DNA of 52,450 nucleotides from an uncultured Gemmatimonadales bacterium (GCA_963793305.1 CAWBZV010000023.1:1-52450); one strand, 5' to 3'; positions 19,241-29,530 are shown, numbered from the stretch's first letter. Made by a program: numbers and translations. The notes: generated by a model from the letters alone, not told the origin.

Positions 19241-20029
19241 GCTGCGCTCGTCGTCTCAGTCATGGCCGGCAGCTTTCGGGGGACACAGCGTCCCATGGAT
19301 GCTGCGATGCTCCAGGTGTCGGCCGCAACTGCCGCGGACACGATTCCCCCGTCGTCGATTGTCGCGGGCCCGGATACCGAGCCCAACGGAACCTGCGATT
19401 CGTCCGAGGGTACGTCGTCGCCATGCCCGCAAGCCGACGCCGCCGCTCTGCCGCTCGATAGACTAATCGTCCTGGCCGGTCCTCGTGCCTCGGTGTCCGG
19501 ATTCAAGCCGTACGGTGCGTTTGTATCTGACACGGCCCCGCCCCGATCAAAACGACCGCGAGCCATTGAGTATAGCGATTGGTACTACCGGCGTTTGACC
19601 ATGCACCGCATCGCCAGCTACGCCGAGCTCCCGCTGTTCGCCGGCGAGTACGTCCTGGGCGAGCGCTTGTTGCATTACACGCGGTACGAGCGCGCGCCGT
19701 CGGGTCTCAAGACCGCACACGTTCTCGTCGCAGGCGGCCTGGGCACGCTGTTCGCGTTTAACACCGTGACGGGTGGGTGGAATTTGTGGGAGTCGCGCAA
19801 AGACCCCGCCGGCCGCACCCGACGCATACTCCACACAGTGCTGATGCTGGCGGCCGACGCAGGGTTTTTCGCGACGGCGGCGGCAGCCAACGGTGGTGGC
19901 GATCACCACGACCGGCTGGCCAACCAGCCGTACAGGCCGCCGAACGACCAGCTGCACCAGTCGCTCGCCGAGGCGTCGATGGGAATTGGGTTGGCGGGCA
20001 CGGTAATGATGTGGGCGTGGAGGAACTGA
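19232..20029 (+). CDS. Membrane protein with four TM-associated histidines (cytochrome b-like candidate)
   Basis: MHRIASY, AHVLVAG, LHTVLML and LHQSLAE each start a hydrophobic helix. The start is uncertain. Confidence 0.6.
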   Translation: MMHAALVVSVMAGSFRGTQRPMDAAMLQVSAATAADTIPPSSIVAGPDTEPNGTCDSSEGTSSPCPQADAAALPLDRLIVLAGPRASVSGFKPYGAFVSDTAPPRSKRPRAIEYSDWYYRRLTMHRIASYAELPLFAGEYVLGERLLHYTRYERAPSGLKTAHVLVAGGLGTLFAFNTVTGGWNLWESRKDPAGRTRRILHTVLMLAADAGFFATAAAANGGGDHHDRLANQPYRPPNDQLHQSLAEASMGIGLAGTVMMWAWRN

Positions 20030-20539
20030 GTGCATAGCGCCATCCATGCCCTGGCGCATCTGCTGGCGCCGTGGCAGTCGTTGTACAGCAACTCCAAGGT
20101 CGTCTCGGATGCCGTCACCTACACGCACCTCGCGGGATTGTTGTTTGGCGGCGGATTTGCCGTGGCCGCCGATCGCGCCGCGCTGCGGTTGAGTCGTGGC
20201 GCTCCGGAGAACCGGCGTCAGTTGTTGGCCGATCTCGCGGCGGTCCACCGTCCAGTGCTGTTCGGCCTCACGATCATGGCGGTGAGCGGCGTCCTGCTGT
20301 TCACGGCGGACGTGGAGACGTTCGCGCTGTCGCCCGTGTTCTGGAGCAAGGCGACCCTTGTGGCGCTGCTTATGGGCAACGGCTATCGTCTGATGCGAAC
20401 CGAGGCAGCGCTCCGGGCGCGCGACGACTCCGAGAATGGCGAGCGTCTCTGGCGTCGATTGCGGGGTACAGCCATTACCAGCATGGCGCTGTGGGCGGCG
20501 GTGGTCCTCGCCGGCACGGTGCTGAACAGTATCAGTTGA
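20030..20539 (+). CDS. Four-helix membrane protein (DUF6644/CopD-like)
   Basis: YTHLAGLLFGGG...D, VSGVLLF and FWSKATLVALL. It abuts the upstream stop. Confidence 0.65.
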   Translation: MHSAIHALAHLLAPWQSLYSNSKVVSDAVTYTHLAGLLFGGGFAVAADRAALRLSRGAPENRRQLLADLAAVHRPVLFGLTIMAVSGVLLFTADVETFALSPVFWSKATLVALLMGNGYRLMRTEAALRARDDSENGERLWRRLRGTAITSMALWAAVVLAGTVLNSIS

Positions 20540-20548
20540 GGAGATGAG

Positions 20549-21022
20549 ATGGAGCCGAGGTCCACATGCGCGCGGTGCATTTTGCGCGATCGGCGCGGTT
20601 TCCTACGTGAAGCAGTAGGTGCGGTGATCGCGGCTGTCGCTCTTCCAGTGAGCGTGCTCTCGGCGCGCGAGCGCGGGATCGACGGCCCGCGCTACCCAGT
20701 GCCCGCAACTGACGGCGTGCACATCGACCGCGACAACCAGGTGATTCTCGTTCGGTGGCAGAGCGCGGTGTATGCGTTCAACCTGTCGTGCCCTCACCAG
20801 AACACCGCGCTGCGTTGGGATGGGGCGGACGGGCGATTTCAGTGCCCGAAGCATCACTCCAAGTATCAGCCGGACGGGACGTTCATTGAGGGACGGGCGA
20901 CGCGCAACATGGACCGCTTCACTGTCCAGCGCGACGCCGACATAATCGTCGTGGATGTCGACGCCATGCACAAGAGCGACGAAGATCAGCCGACCTGGGC
21001 GTCCGCCGTCGTACGTCTGTAG
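20549..21022 (+). CDS. Rieske 2Fe-2S protein with Tat-like signal
   Basis: RRGFLR leader, with SCPHQ and QCPKHHS boxes. Confidence 0.9.
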   Translation: MEPRSTCARCILRDRRGFLREAVGAVIAAVALPVSVLSARERGIDGPRYPVPATDGVHIDRDNQVILVRWQSAVYAFNLSCPHQNTALRWDGADGRFQCPKHHSKYQPDGTFIEGRATRNMDRFTVQRDADIIVVDVDAMHKSDEDQPTWASAVVRL

Positions 21023-21058
21023 ACACTTCCTGGAGGAGCCACGACCAAACACGTCTTC

Positions 21059-21749
21059 GTGTATATGGTACTCTGGGCGGGACGAGCGACCGCTCAGGAC
21101 TCGACCTCAGGGCCGGTCTGGCGGAGATGCCGCGATCGGCGGCGCGTTCTTCGCCGCCGCGGCCGCCGTATCGCCATTCGATACTCGGCTCGCGGTGGCA
21201 TCTCAGCACGCGTCTTTGCAGCGGAGCACCTTCTTGCGCAATGGTGCGAACGGGTTCGACGCGGTGGGCGTGCCCGGCACGTTCGTCTTGGCGTTGGGGT
21301 TCTACGCCGGCGGGTGGTTAGCTCACGATCGCGGCATCGCCACCCTGGGCCTGCACGGCGGGGAGGCACTGGCAGCGAGCACCGTGGTGACGGAGCTCCT
21401 GGGTGGTGTCACCGGACGGGCGCGACCCTCGGTGGACATCCACCACTCGGGCACGTTCCAGTTCGCCGAAGGCTTCCGATCAGACGCCCACTCGTCGTTC
21501 CCATCCGAGCACGCGACCGCGGGGTTCGCGATGGCCTCGGTGTTGGCCGCCGAGTCGTCGCGCCGCTGGCCTCACGCATCGCGCTGGATCACGCCGCTCG
21601 CGTACACTGTCGCATCACTCGTCGGCGTGGCCCGCGTCTATAAGAACGAACACTGGGTGAGCAATGTGTTGGTTGGCGCTGGGATCGGGACGGCGACTGG
21701 CCTCGTCGCGGTCCAGTATCGTCCGGATCAGATACTGCTACCGCGGTGA
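21059..21749 (+). CDS. PAP2 phosphatase family protein (5' frameshift, degenerate motifs)
   Basis: GRARP, SFPSEHA and ARVYKNEHWVSNV. The signal-like N-terminus is in a different frame. Confidence 0.8.
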
Positions 21750-21762
21750 TGAGCGCGCCGGT

Positions 21763-23608
21763 ATGACGACGGGCCCGTCTTTTCGCGGTTGGCTCATCGT
21801 TGCCGGGGTTCCGCTCACCGTCATCGTGTGCCTCGCGGTCGGCGGAGCTCTCCATCTGTCGGGCAATGAGCGCATCGCGTACTGGGTGTGGGAGCTCGGG
21901 CTCGTCGCGACCGGGCTACCGATTGTATTGCGAACGGCGCGCGGCGTGGTGGCTGGGCGGTTCGCGGCCGACGTCGTGGCGGCGCTATCGATTGGTACGG
22001 CGCTCATTCTATCGCAGCCGTTTGCCGGCTTGGTCATCGTGCTCATGCAGAGTGGCGGTGAAGCCCTTGAGCGCTACGCGGCCGGCCGCGCATCGGCCGC
22101 GGTACGCGCGCTAGAAGAGGCGGCGCCGCGCTGGGCGCACCGCATCACCGAGCGCGGTGTTGAAGAGGTGCCCGCCGAGTCCATAGCGGTGGGCGACATG
22201 CTCCTCGTACGACCGGGTGACCTCGTCCCCTGCAATGCGGTGGTGGTTGAAGGCCGCTCGCACGTCGACACATCGAGGCTCACCGGCGAGCCGATGCCGG
22301 TCCGTACTGAGTCAGGCGTGCGGCTCCTGAGCGGAAGCGCCAACGGCGAAGGTCCGCTGACCGTGCGCACGACGGCGATCTCCCGCGAGAGCCAGTACGC
22401 GCGGATTGTCGATCTCGTCCGATCGGCGCAAGCGAGCAAAGCGCCGCTGCAGCGGCTGGCGGACCGGTACGCCGTCTGGTTCACACCGCTTACCCTCGTC
22501 GTCTGCGCCATCGCGTATCTCGTCTCGGGCGATCCGGTCCGCGTGTTGGCCGTTCTGGTCGTCGCCACGCCATGCCCGCTGATTCTTGCCGCCCCGGTCG
22601 CGATCATCGGCGGCATCAATCGCGCGGCGCGCCGGCAGATCATCGTGCGTCATGGCGGGGCGCTGGAACAACTGGCCGGCGTGACGGTCGCAGTCTTCGA
22701 CAAGACCGGCACGTTGACGATCGGGCAGCCCCGCGTCCGTCGGATCGTACCGGCGGCGGGATGCGATGCGGCGAGCGTATTGCGGAGTGCCGCGGCCGTG
22801 GAGCACGGGTCGGGCCACTTGCTCGCGCGTACGGTCGGGGAGGCGGCGAGATGCGCAGACGCTGTCGGTTCCGCACGCCGAGGACGTTGTCGAGGCTCCA
22901 GGCCAAGGTGTGGCGGGAGTGGTCGAGGGACGAACGGTGAGTGTTGGCTCGCGCGCGTTCATCACCGGGCGGTATCCTGACACGCAGGCGGCGTTCGCCA
23001 CGATCGATCCACCAGACAGCGCGCTGCGCGCGTATGTCGCGATCGGGGGGCGCGCGGCCGGCATCATCGAATTCGCCGATGAGATGCGACCGTCAGCGGC
23101 CAATGTCGTCGACGATCTCGATCGCCTCGGTGTGCATCGCGCGATCCTGTTATCTGGCGACCAGGAGCGCTATACGCGGGACGTCGCCGCCGCGGTGGGC
23201 ATCTCCGAGGCGCACGGTGGGCTACTGCCGGCTGACAAGGATCGCATGGTGCGCGAGCTCGGCCGGTCCGGCGAGCGCGTTCTCATGGTAGGCAATGGGA
23301 CGAATGATGCCCCCGCGCTGAGCAGCGCGGCCGTCGGCGTGGCGCTCGCTGGCCACGGCGGCGGCATTACGGCAGAAGCAGCCGATGTGGTGCTCCTCGT
23401 GGATGACGTCACTCGAATCGCTGAAGCGGTGCGGATCGGCCGCGCGACGGTACGCATCGCCAAGGAGAGCATTTGGGCCGGTCTCGGTCTGAGTGGCGTG
23501 GCGATGGTGTGTGCAGTATTCGGCCTGATCCCGCCGACGGTCGGCGCGGTGCTCCAGGAACTGATCGATGTCGCCGTCATTCTCAATGCCCTTCGGGCCA
23601 GTCGCTAG
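21763..23608 (+). CDS. Heavy-metal P1B-type ATPase (P1B-5-like), frameshifted near 22850
   Basis: LTGEP, ATPCPLIL, FDKTGT, LSGD, GNGTNDAPAL and QELID. Confidence 0.9.
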
Positions 23609-23746
23609 ATCATTCGACCTATGTACGTCACGTATGCCGTTACGTCCACGCATGACCCGTGGCAGTGTGGCTAAATCCTCCTCCGGCGCTCAGACTGTGC
23701 TGTACTGATTGTGCCGATGACCTCCGCCGAGCGTGACTGGTGATCA

Positions 23747-23911
23747 ATGGAAAAGATCAACATCGAACATCGAAGTGCCGTTGGACTTGTTTGGCTCTGC
23801 GGGTGGCTCTTCACGATCGGATTCCTGCATGTCACGTTCTGGAGAGGTGTCCTGGCGCTCTTCGTGTGGCCGTACTATCTCGGTGAGGCGCTGCGCCCAT
23901 TACTGCGTTGA
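23747..23911 (+). CDS. 54-aa membrane protein (below ORF-track cutoff)
   Basis: MEKINIEHRSAVGLVWLCGWLFTIGFLHVTFWRGVLALFVWPYYLGEALRPLLR; clean ORF with two hydrophobic segments. Confidence 0.75.
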   Translation: MEKINIEHRSAVGLVWLCGWLFTIGFLHVTFWRGVLALFVWPYYLGEALRPLLR

Positions 23912-24092
23912 TCCGAGATATGCCCAGGCAACTTGAGAGGGGGAAGGTCCTGAACCGCCCTGACGTCACTTCGACCCGTTGGCACTTCGCGTTCGACGTC
24001 GCGCCTGGCGAGCTTCTGGAGTGCGAGAGAGAGGTACTCGCCCTCGCGGAGGCGCTTCGCACGTTGGGATCTCCCCCGAGGCGCGGCACCCT

Positions 24093-24398
24093 ATGATCGA
24101 CTTGCGCGTGGTCGAGGGAGGCGTGCGAATTAAGATTCGCGTGCAGCCGAGGGCGCGGCGGAGCGCGATAGATGGCGTGCACGGGGATGCGCTCAAGGTG
24201 CGTGTCGCCGCACCGCCGGTCGACGGCAAAGCCAACGCCGCCGTTGTTGCTGTTCTGGCCCGGGAGCTCGGCGTCGCGCGCAGCGCGGTATCGATCACCC
24301 TGGGCGAGGGGTCGCGCGACAAGGTCGTCGCGATCCAGGGCGTTTCGGTTGAGCAGGTGCGGCGGGCGCTCGATCGAGCGGTCGCAACTGCCGAATGA
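24093..24398 (+). CDS. DUF167/YggU family protein
   Basis: RVQPRARRSAI, LKVRVAAPPVDGKAN and GEGSRDK. Confidence 0.9.
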   Translation: MIDLRVVEGGVRIKIRVQPRARRSAIDGVHGDALKVRVAAPPVDGKANAAVVAVLARELGVARSAVSITLGEGSRDKVVAIQGVSVEQVRRALDRAVATAE

Positions 24399-24410
24399 CG
24401 TGGTTGGGAT

Positions 24411-24450
24411 ATCAGGATTTCTCTGACAGAAGTGTCAGGGATTCCCTAAC
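24411..24450. promoter_or_regulatory. Tandem operator boxes
   Basis: ATCAGGA-TTT-CTCTGAC (24411) and GTCAGGG-ATT-CCCTAAC (24434). Confidence 0.7.
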
Positions 24451-24481
24451 ACCGAGTCACACAAAGGCCCGTTGCTTTCCC

Positions 24482-24600
24482 GGTGGCGTCGAGCGAGGCG
24501 AACGTGGCGTGTCGATTCCCACTCTCCACCAAATCGCGCAGGGCCTCGGCGTGTCACTGGGCGAGTTGCTCACTGAAGTGGAATCGCCGTCCCAGCCCGA
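24482..24600 (+). pseudogene. XRE HTH C-terminal fragment
   Basis: GGVERGERGVSIPTLHQIAQGLGVSLGELL, with the first helices missing. Confidence 0.65.
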
Positions 24601-24881
24601 CGTGGATGGTCGTTCCGACAGCCCGGTCTTGTCGACCAGTCGGGACATCCCTTCGCGTCGCGCGACGAACAGAGTCGACGCTTGGTCAGTGGTTTAGTGC
24701 TGGCGAACGACGCGTTGTTGCGTCGACTGGACCAATATCCGACAGGGGTCTAATTGGCTGACTCCAGGAGGAGGCGTTCTGGGGATTCGCCGACCGACAC
24801 GGTGCGCGGTCGCGACGATACTAATAGTGCGATGAGATACGGGTTGCCACGAACGCCGGCGCGCCAGCCCGTTTCCTGTCC

Positions 24882-24948
24882 GTCGGGGAATGTCGGACGG
24901 CGAGCGAGCGATCGCCCGACACCCGCGCAGGTACATCGTGGCTAGCTT
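24882..24948 (+). promoter_or_regulatory. Tandem operator boxes plus -10-like TAGCTT
   Basis: GTCGGGG-AAT-GTCGGAC (24882), GCGAGCG-ATC-GCCCGAC (24904) and TAGCTT at 24943. Confidence 0.7.
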
Positions 24949-24978
24949 GCCCGTACATCAAGCCACGAGGGGCAGCCA

Positions 24979-25434
24979 ATGCGGAATGACCGGGAGATCT
25001 ATGGTGACGTCGTCGCCGCGCTCGAGCGCGAGCTGGGCACGACGCAACGCACGGTCGGTGTGACGATCGCCAATGGAGTGATAACTGTGACGGGGTACGT
25101 CCCGTCCGTCAGTCAGAAGATGGCGGCCGAACGCGCGATCGCTGCCGTGCATGGCGTGCGGGCGATTGCCGGAGGGCTGCACGTGATGGGTGAGGCTACG
25201 CGGCCACTCAGCGACACGACGATTGCGCACGCTATTGTGGCCGCGTTACCGGCCGAGGTCGCGGGCAAGCCGCTCCACGTGACCATCCGGATCGAGGATG
25301 GCTGGGTAACGCTTGACGGCACGGTTCCCTCGGCGCGCGCGAATGACGCGGTCGAGCGTGCGCTCGAGTGCGTGAGCGGAGTGCGAGGCGTTACGAGTGA
25401 GGTCCGGATCGCAGAGGCCGGAATCCTCGTATGA
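24979..25434 (+). CDS. BON domain protein (two BON domains)
   Basis: NGVITVTGYV...VHGVRAI and EDGWVTLDGTV...VSGVRGVTSEV. Confidence 0.88.
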   Translation: MRNDREIYGDVVAALERELGTTQRTVGVTIANGVITVTGYVPSVSQKMAAERAIAAVHGVRAIAGGLHVMGEATRPLSDTTIAHAIVAALPAEVAGKPLHVTIRIEDGWVTLDGTVPSARANDAVERALECVSGVRGVTSEVRIAEAGILV

Positions 25435-25480
25435 GGCGCGGGACATGGAGTCGTCTCATTGCCGCAGCGGACCGCCACCA

Positions 25481-26107
25481 ATGACCATGCCTACGAATGT
25501 TCGGGCGCCGAACGCCGGCGGGGATCTTATCGACGTCATCTACCGGCGGCGTTCGGTTCGGGCGTACAAGACGCATCCGATTGACGAGGGTCAGGTGCGG
25601 GCGCTGCTCAATGCCGCGGTGCGCGCGCCGACGGCCATGGACGAAGAACCGTGGCGGTTCATCGTCGTGCAGAATCGGGCGGCGCTCGCGCGACTCTCCG
25701 ATCGGGCGAAAGCGATGGCCCGCGCCGAGGCAGAGAGACACGGCAACGTGCTGAAACGGCCCGGTTCTCCTGGCGACGGCATCGCCTCGCCGTTCGCCGA
25801 CCCGGCGTTCAATATCTTCTATGATGCGGGTACGCTGGTGGTCATCGGCGCGAATCCGACCGGCGAGTTCGTGGCCGCGGACTGTTGGTTGGCGGCCGAG
25901 AACTTGATGCTGGCGGCGTGCGCGGAGGGGTTTGGTACGTGTTGCATTGGACTGGCGCTCACCGTGCTCAATGGGCCAGAAACGAAGGTGGAGCTCGGCA
26001 TCCCTGCGGACATTCATGCGTTCGCGGCGATCATCATCGGCGTTCCGCTCGAGGACGCGCCGCCGACTCAACGCAAGCCGGCCGTCATGGTGAGCTGGAT
26101 ACGCTGA
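25481..26107 (+). CDS. Nitroreductase family protein
   Basis: RRRSVRAY, APTAMDEEPWRFIVV and AAENLMLAACAEGFGTC. Confidence 0.92.
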   Translation: MTMPTNVRAPNAGGDLIDVIYRRRSVRAYKTHPIDEGQVRALLNAAVRAPTAMDEEPWRFIVVQNRAALARLSDRAKAMARAEAERHGNVLKRPGSPGDGIASPFADPAFNIFYDAGTLVVIGANPTGEFVAADCWLAAENLMLAACAEGFGTCCIGLALTVLNGPETKVELGIPADIHAFAAIIIGVPLEDAPPTQRKPAVMVSWIR

Positions 26108-26126
26108 CCATCGGGGAGAAGCCGCA

Positions 26127-27074
26127 GTGAAGCGCTCCGCCCAGTTGTCGATCGCGGTGTCGCATCCCGACAAGGTCTTCTGGCCCGCTGAGGGCTACAC
26201 GAAGCTGGACCTAGTCGAGTACTACCAGGCGATCTTCTCAAAGCTGTCCCCGTACGTGAAGGACCGCGTGTTGGCGATGGAGCGTTGCCCCGATGGCATG
26301 GGCGGCGAATGCTTCTTTCAGAAGCAGGTACCGAAGGACATGCCGCCCGGCACGCCGACCAAGCGGATCGCTCATGAGACCGAGGCGGGCGCATTCACTG
26401 ACTATGTCGTCGGCGGCTCCTTGCTGACGCAGCTTACGCTGGCCAACATGGGCTGCATCGCCGTGCACGTCATGGCGGGTCGGGCGAGTGCACCGCGGCA
26501 GCCGGACTGGGTGTGCTTCGATATCGATCCTCCGTCGGGGCAGTTTGCGGATGCCGCTCGCGCGGGGTTGCACGTCAAGGCGATCCTGGACGCTCTCGAC
26601 CTGGTGTCATATGCCAAGACGTCGGGCAGCCGCGGGATGCATATCCTCGCGCCGCTACGGCGGGGGCCGGACGCGAGCGATGTGCTGGCGTTCGCCGAAG
26701 CGGTCGGTGCCCGGGTGGCGGCCGCGCATCCGGATGAATTGACGGTCGAGCATTCGCTCGCCGCGCGAGGTGGCCGCGTCTACCTCGATCCGTTTCGGAA
26801 CGCGTTTGGGCAGACGGTCGTGGCGCCCTATTCCGTGCGGCACCGCGAGAAGGCGCCCATCTCGACCCCGTTGCACTGGTCAGAGGTCAAGGCCGCACTT
26901 GTCCCATCCGACTTCAACATCGGGAATTTTGCGCAGCGGTTGGCGCGCCCCGACCCGTGGAGCGGTTTCTTCGCCCATCGGCAGTCGCTGACCAAGGCTT
27001 CCCGATTGCTCGGCAGGCTAAAGGCGAGCTCAGGTCGCGACTCCGATCCGGCTACAAGTTCTTGCAATTCTTGA
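26127..27074 (+). CDS. Stand-alone LigD primase-polymerase domain protein
   Basis: SHPDKVFWP, TKLDLVEYY, FDIDP, KTSGSRGMH and VAPYSVR. Confidence 0.92.
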   Translation: MKRSAQLSIAVSHPDKVFWPAEGYTKLDLVEYYQAIFSKLSPYVKDRVLAMERCPDGMGGECFFQKQVPKDMPPGTPTKRIAHETEAGAFTDYVVGGSLLTQLTLANMGCIAVHVMAGRASAPRQPDWVCFDIDPPSGQFADAARAGLHVKAILDALDLVSYAKTSGSRGMHILAPLRRGPDASDVLAFAEAVGARVAAAHPDELTVEHSLAARGGRVYLDPFRNAFGQTVVAPYSVRHREKAPISTPLHWSEVKAALVPSDFNIGNFAQRLARPDPWSGFFAHRQSLTKASRLLGRLKASSGRDSDPATSSCNS

Positions 27075-27440
27075 AGACCTTCTGGCCGAACCGCCGGTCC
27101 CGCGTCCACCGGCGTTTGCCGCGCTGCCATGCATGGGCGAAGCAGCGATGATGAGAGTCCTCGTGTGTGTGTACGGTCTCCGCTCGCGTGCGCTGCATGA
27201 GGCCGTACCATTCCCACCGCCACGAGCCAACCGCCGTATCCACTCGATGCGGACCGCCGGTGGCGCGTCCCCGATTGCGGAGAAGTCGTTCTATGTCTGG
27301 AGTTACGCCAAGCGCGGTTTCTGCGAAACAGACAATACGCCTATGCTACTGAATACATTCGAGTACATCGTGCGCCACACATTGCTAGAGTGCTGGCGAC
27401 AACTGTGCGATCGATCGCCGACGAATACTGGTGACGCTTC

Positions 27441-28766
27441 ATGAACTACGTTGTTGTGCCTGTTCATGGGACATGGGGTAAGAAAGCCGCATGGATGGAG
27501 TCATCGTCCAGGTTCCGCACTGACCTCAAAGACCTTCTGGGTGAGCCGACGGTGCGCCCGTTCCGTTGGAGTGGCGGCAACAGCGTGAGGGCACGCGCGC
27601 GGGCCGCCGAGGAACTCCACGAGCATTTGCAAGCCCTCGTTGCCGAATTTCCAGATGCGCGGCTGGCGGTTGTAGCACACAGTCACGGCGGTAACGTCGC
27701 GCTCCATGCACTGCGAGACGAGGTGCTCGCTCGCAAAGTGTTTGGAGTTGCCTGCCTTGGTACACCGTTTCTCAATGTCCGCGAGCGTACCCTGTCCGCC
27801 CGGCCTATGGCTCAACTCCGCTTGGGAGCGAAGGCCGCGGTGTTCCTGCTGATTTGGATTTGTCTTTTGCTGGTCATGGGGAACGTGGGCGTACGGACCA
27901 TGGTCGGACCAGCAATTTGGTCTAAGGTGGTGTTACCCTTTTCGATTGGCCCCGCCTGGGCGTTGACTGTCGCTCTCGTTGCCGTTCTCTGGTCAAAGAC
28001 CAAGAGCCTGGCGGAACAAGTTCGGTTGGCGTCTCAGCTCCCGGCGTCGATTCGTTTTCAACTTCTCATTCTGTGCACAGAAGGCGATGAAGCATCCGGT
28101 GTGCTCGGTTTCACGCAAGCTGGCGGCTGGCTGATCACAGCTACTTGGCAGCGTTGGGGCAACTGCTTCGGCCAATTTCGAGAGCGTTGGCGGGCAATGT
28201 TGGAGAAAGAAAGGTTGGGACAACAGTGGTTGCGTGTGCGGCACAAAGATTCGGGCCCTACGCTATTTGGCTTCGGAAGCGTAGTCGTGTCAACGGTCCT
28301 GTTGGCCATGGCGATCGGACCGTTGCACTTACACGGATCTTCCTGGTTGGCGCTGCTGGCCTTTTGCCCAATGCTGCTATTGTGGTTGCCGGAAGTGCTA
28401 CAAGCAGTTCTTGGCGCCATGGCCTTACCTCCCTTCGTGGTTGGCAGTCTTTGTTATTGGGGGTTCGGAATTGCCGTCGTCTGCTCAGCGCTCCATTTGG
28501 ATGTTAGCGCGACCCCAACGCCGCTGGGCGACTGGGTTGTCTGTCAGCTTGGCTCCCTCGACTCCGCCGCTGAACCCGGAGACAAGGAGTCCAGCGCGAA
28601 TCTCTCGATGGGAGTGCGGGCCACCGATGGCGGCGTAGCCCACACGACTTACTCGTCTGCGCCGTCTCGGCACTCAATGCTTCACGAGAATCCTGCTGCC
28701 ATATCCCGGGTATGTCGTTGGCTTTCCGGAGATACTTTGGCAAGTGAGCACGTGGCACCTGACTGA
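27441..28766 (+). CDS. Alpha/beta-hydrolase-like protein with inserted TM segments
   Basis: VHGTW, FRWSGGNS, VAHSHGGN, CLGTPF and a late RHS. It is visibly less GC-rich than its flanks. Confidence 0.75.
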   Translation: MNYVVVPVHGTWGKKAAWMESSSRFRTDLKDLLGEPTVRPFRWSGGNSVRARARAAEELHEHLQALVAEFPDARLAVVAHSHGGNVALHALRDEVLARKVFGVACLGTPFLNVRERTLSARPMAQLRLGAKAAVFLLIWICLLLVMGNVGVRTMVGPAIWSKVVLPFSIGPAWALTVALVAVLWSKTKSLAEQVRLASQLPASIRFQLLILCTEGDEASGVLGFTQAGGWLITATWQRWGNCFGQFRERWRAMLEKERLGQQWLRVRHKDSGPTLFGFGSVVVSTVLLAMAIGPLHLHGSSWLALLAFCPMLLLWLPEVLQAVLGAMALPPFVVGSLCYWGFGIAVVCSALHLDVSATPTPLGDWVVCQLGSLDSAAEPGDKESSANLSMGVRATDGGVAHTTYSSAPSRHSMLHENPAAISRVCRWLSGDTLASEHVAPD

Positions 28767-28947
28767 GGACGAGCGAGCGTACGCCCCCCCCTCGGAGTTC
28801 TCACGTCGACAAGGTGAAATTCTTGCACTTAGAATTTCTTACAAAGCGGAACTGAGGCCGCACTATTAGGGAGTATCTTCCCGATTAGTCGATGGCTGAA
28901 CCGTCGTCGATGCGGCGTCATGGAGCTCGATCGCGCGATGTCTTGGA

Positions 28948-29014
28948 GTCGGGCGGTACCTTGCGTCCCGTCGGCGGTTACCCGACACCGTATCGCGAGT
29001 CGAGTGGCGATCGT
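28948..29014 (+). promoter_or_regulatory. Tandem operator boxes plus -10-like GATCGT
   Basis: GTCGGGC-GGT-ACCTTGC (28948), GTCGGCG-GTT-ACCCGAC (28970) and GATCGT at 29009. Confidence 0.6.
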
Positions 29015-29065
29015 TCGCTCAGAATCTAGCTGGCGCCTCCTCCTTCGTCTTCGCGAGAGACCATC

Positions 29066-29329
29066 ATGACCAATCCCGTGAACCAGCAGACCCCGGTCAC
29101 CGAGGAACACCATGTATCCGGCGACCAACTCCTGGCGAAGGTCAAGAGCGTGATCCACGAAGGCAATGTCCGGCGGATCATCATCAAGAACGACGCTGGG
29201 CACACGATCATGGAGGTTCCGCTCACGATCGGCGTCGTGAGCGCCGTCCTAGTCCCGCTGTGGGTCGCCATTGGTGCAATCGCCGCGTTGGCGGCGCATT
29301 ACTCGGTCGTGGTCGAGCGGAACGCGTAG
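29066..29329 (+). CDS. DUF4342 domain protein
   Basis: KVKSVIHEGNVRRIIIK...EVPLTIG. Confidence 0.88.
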   Translation: MTNPVNQQTPVTEEHHVSGDQLLAKVKSVIHEGNVRRIIIKNDAGHTIMEVPLTIGVVSAVLVPLWVAIGAIAALAAHYSVVVERNA

Positions 29330-29530
29330 CGCGCGTGCTGGTTGTGGCACTTCGTCATGCGAACGCTCCGCGGAGCTGACTTCGCTGAGGGTAGGCGCCG
29401 CCTGGCGCTCCTGGGGTTGCTTACGCTCGTGCACCGTGCGCGGTCGAGCGTCGAGTTCAGACCGTGACCGGCCAGCGGGACCCGCGAGGGGACGCCTGCT
29501 CCCGCGATTGTTCTGCTCGAGGGAGATTTT

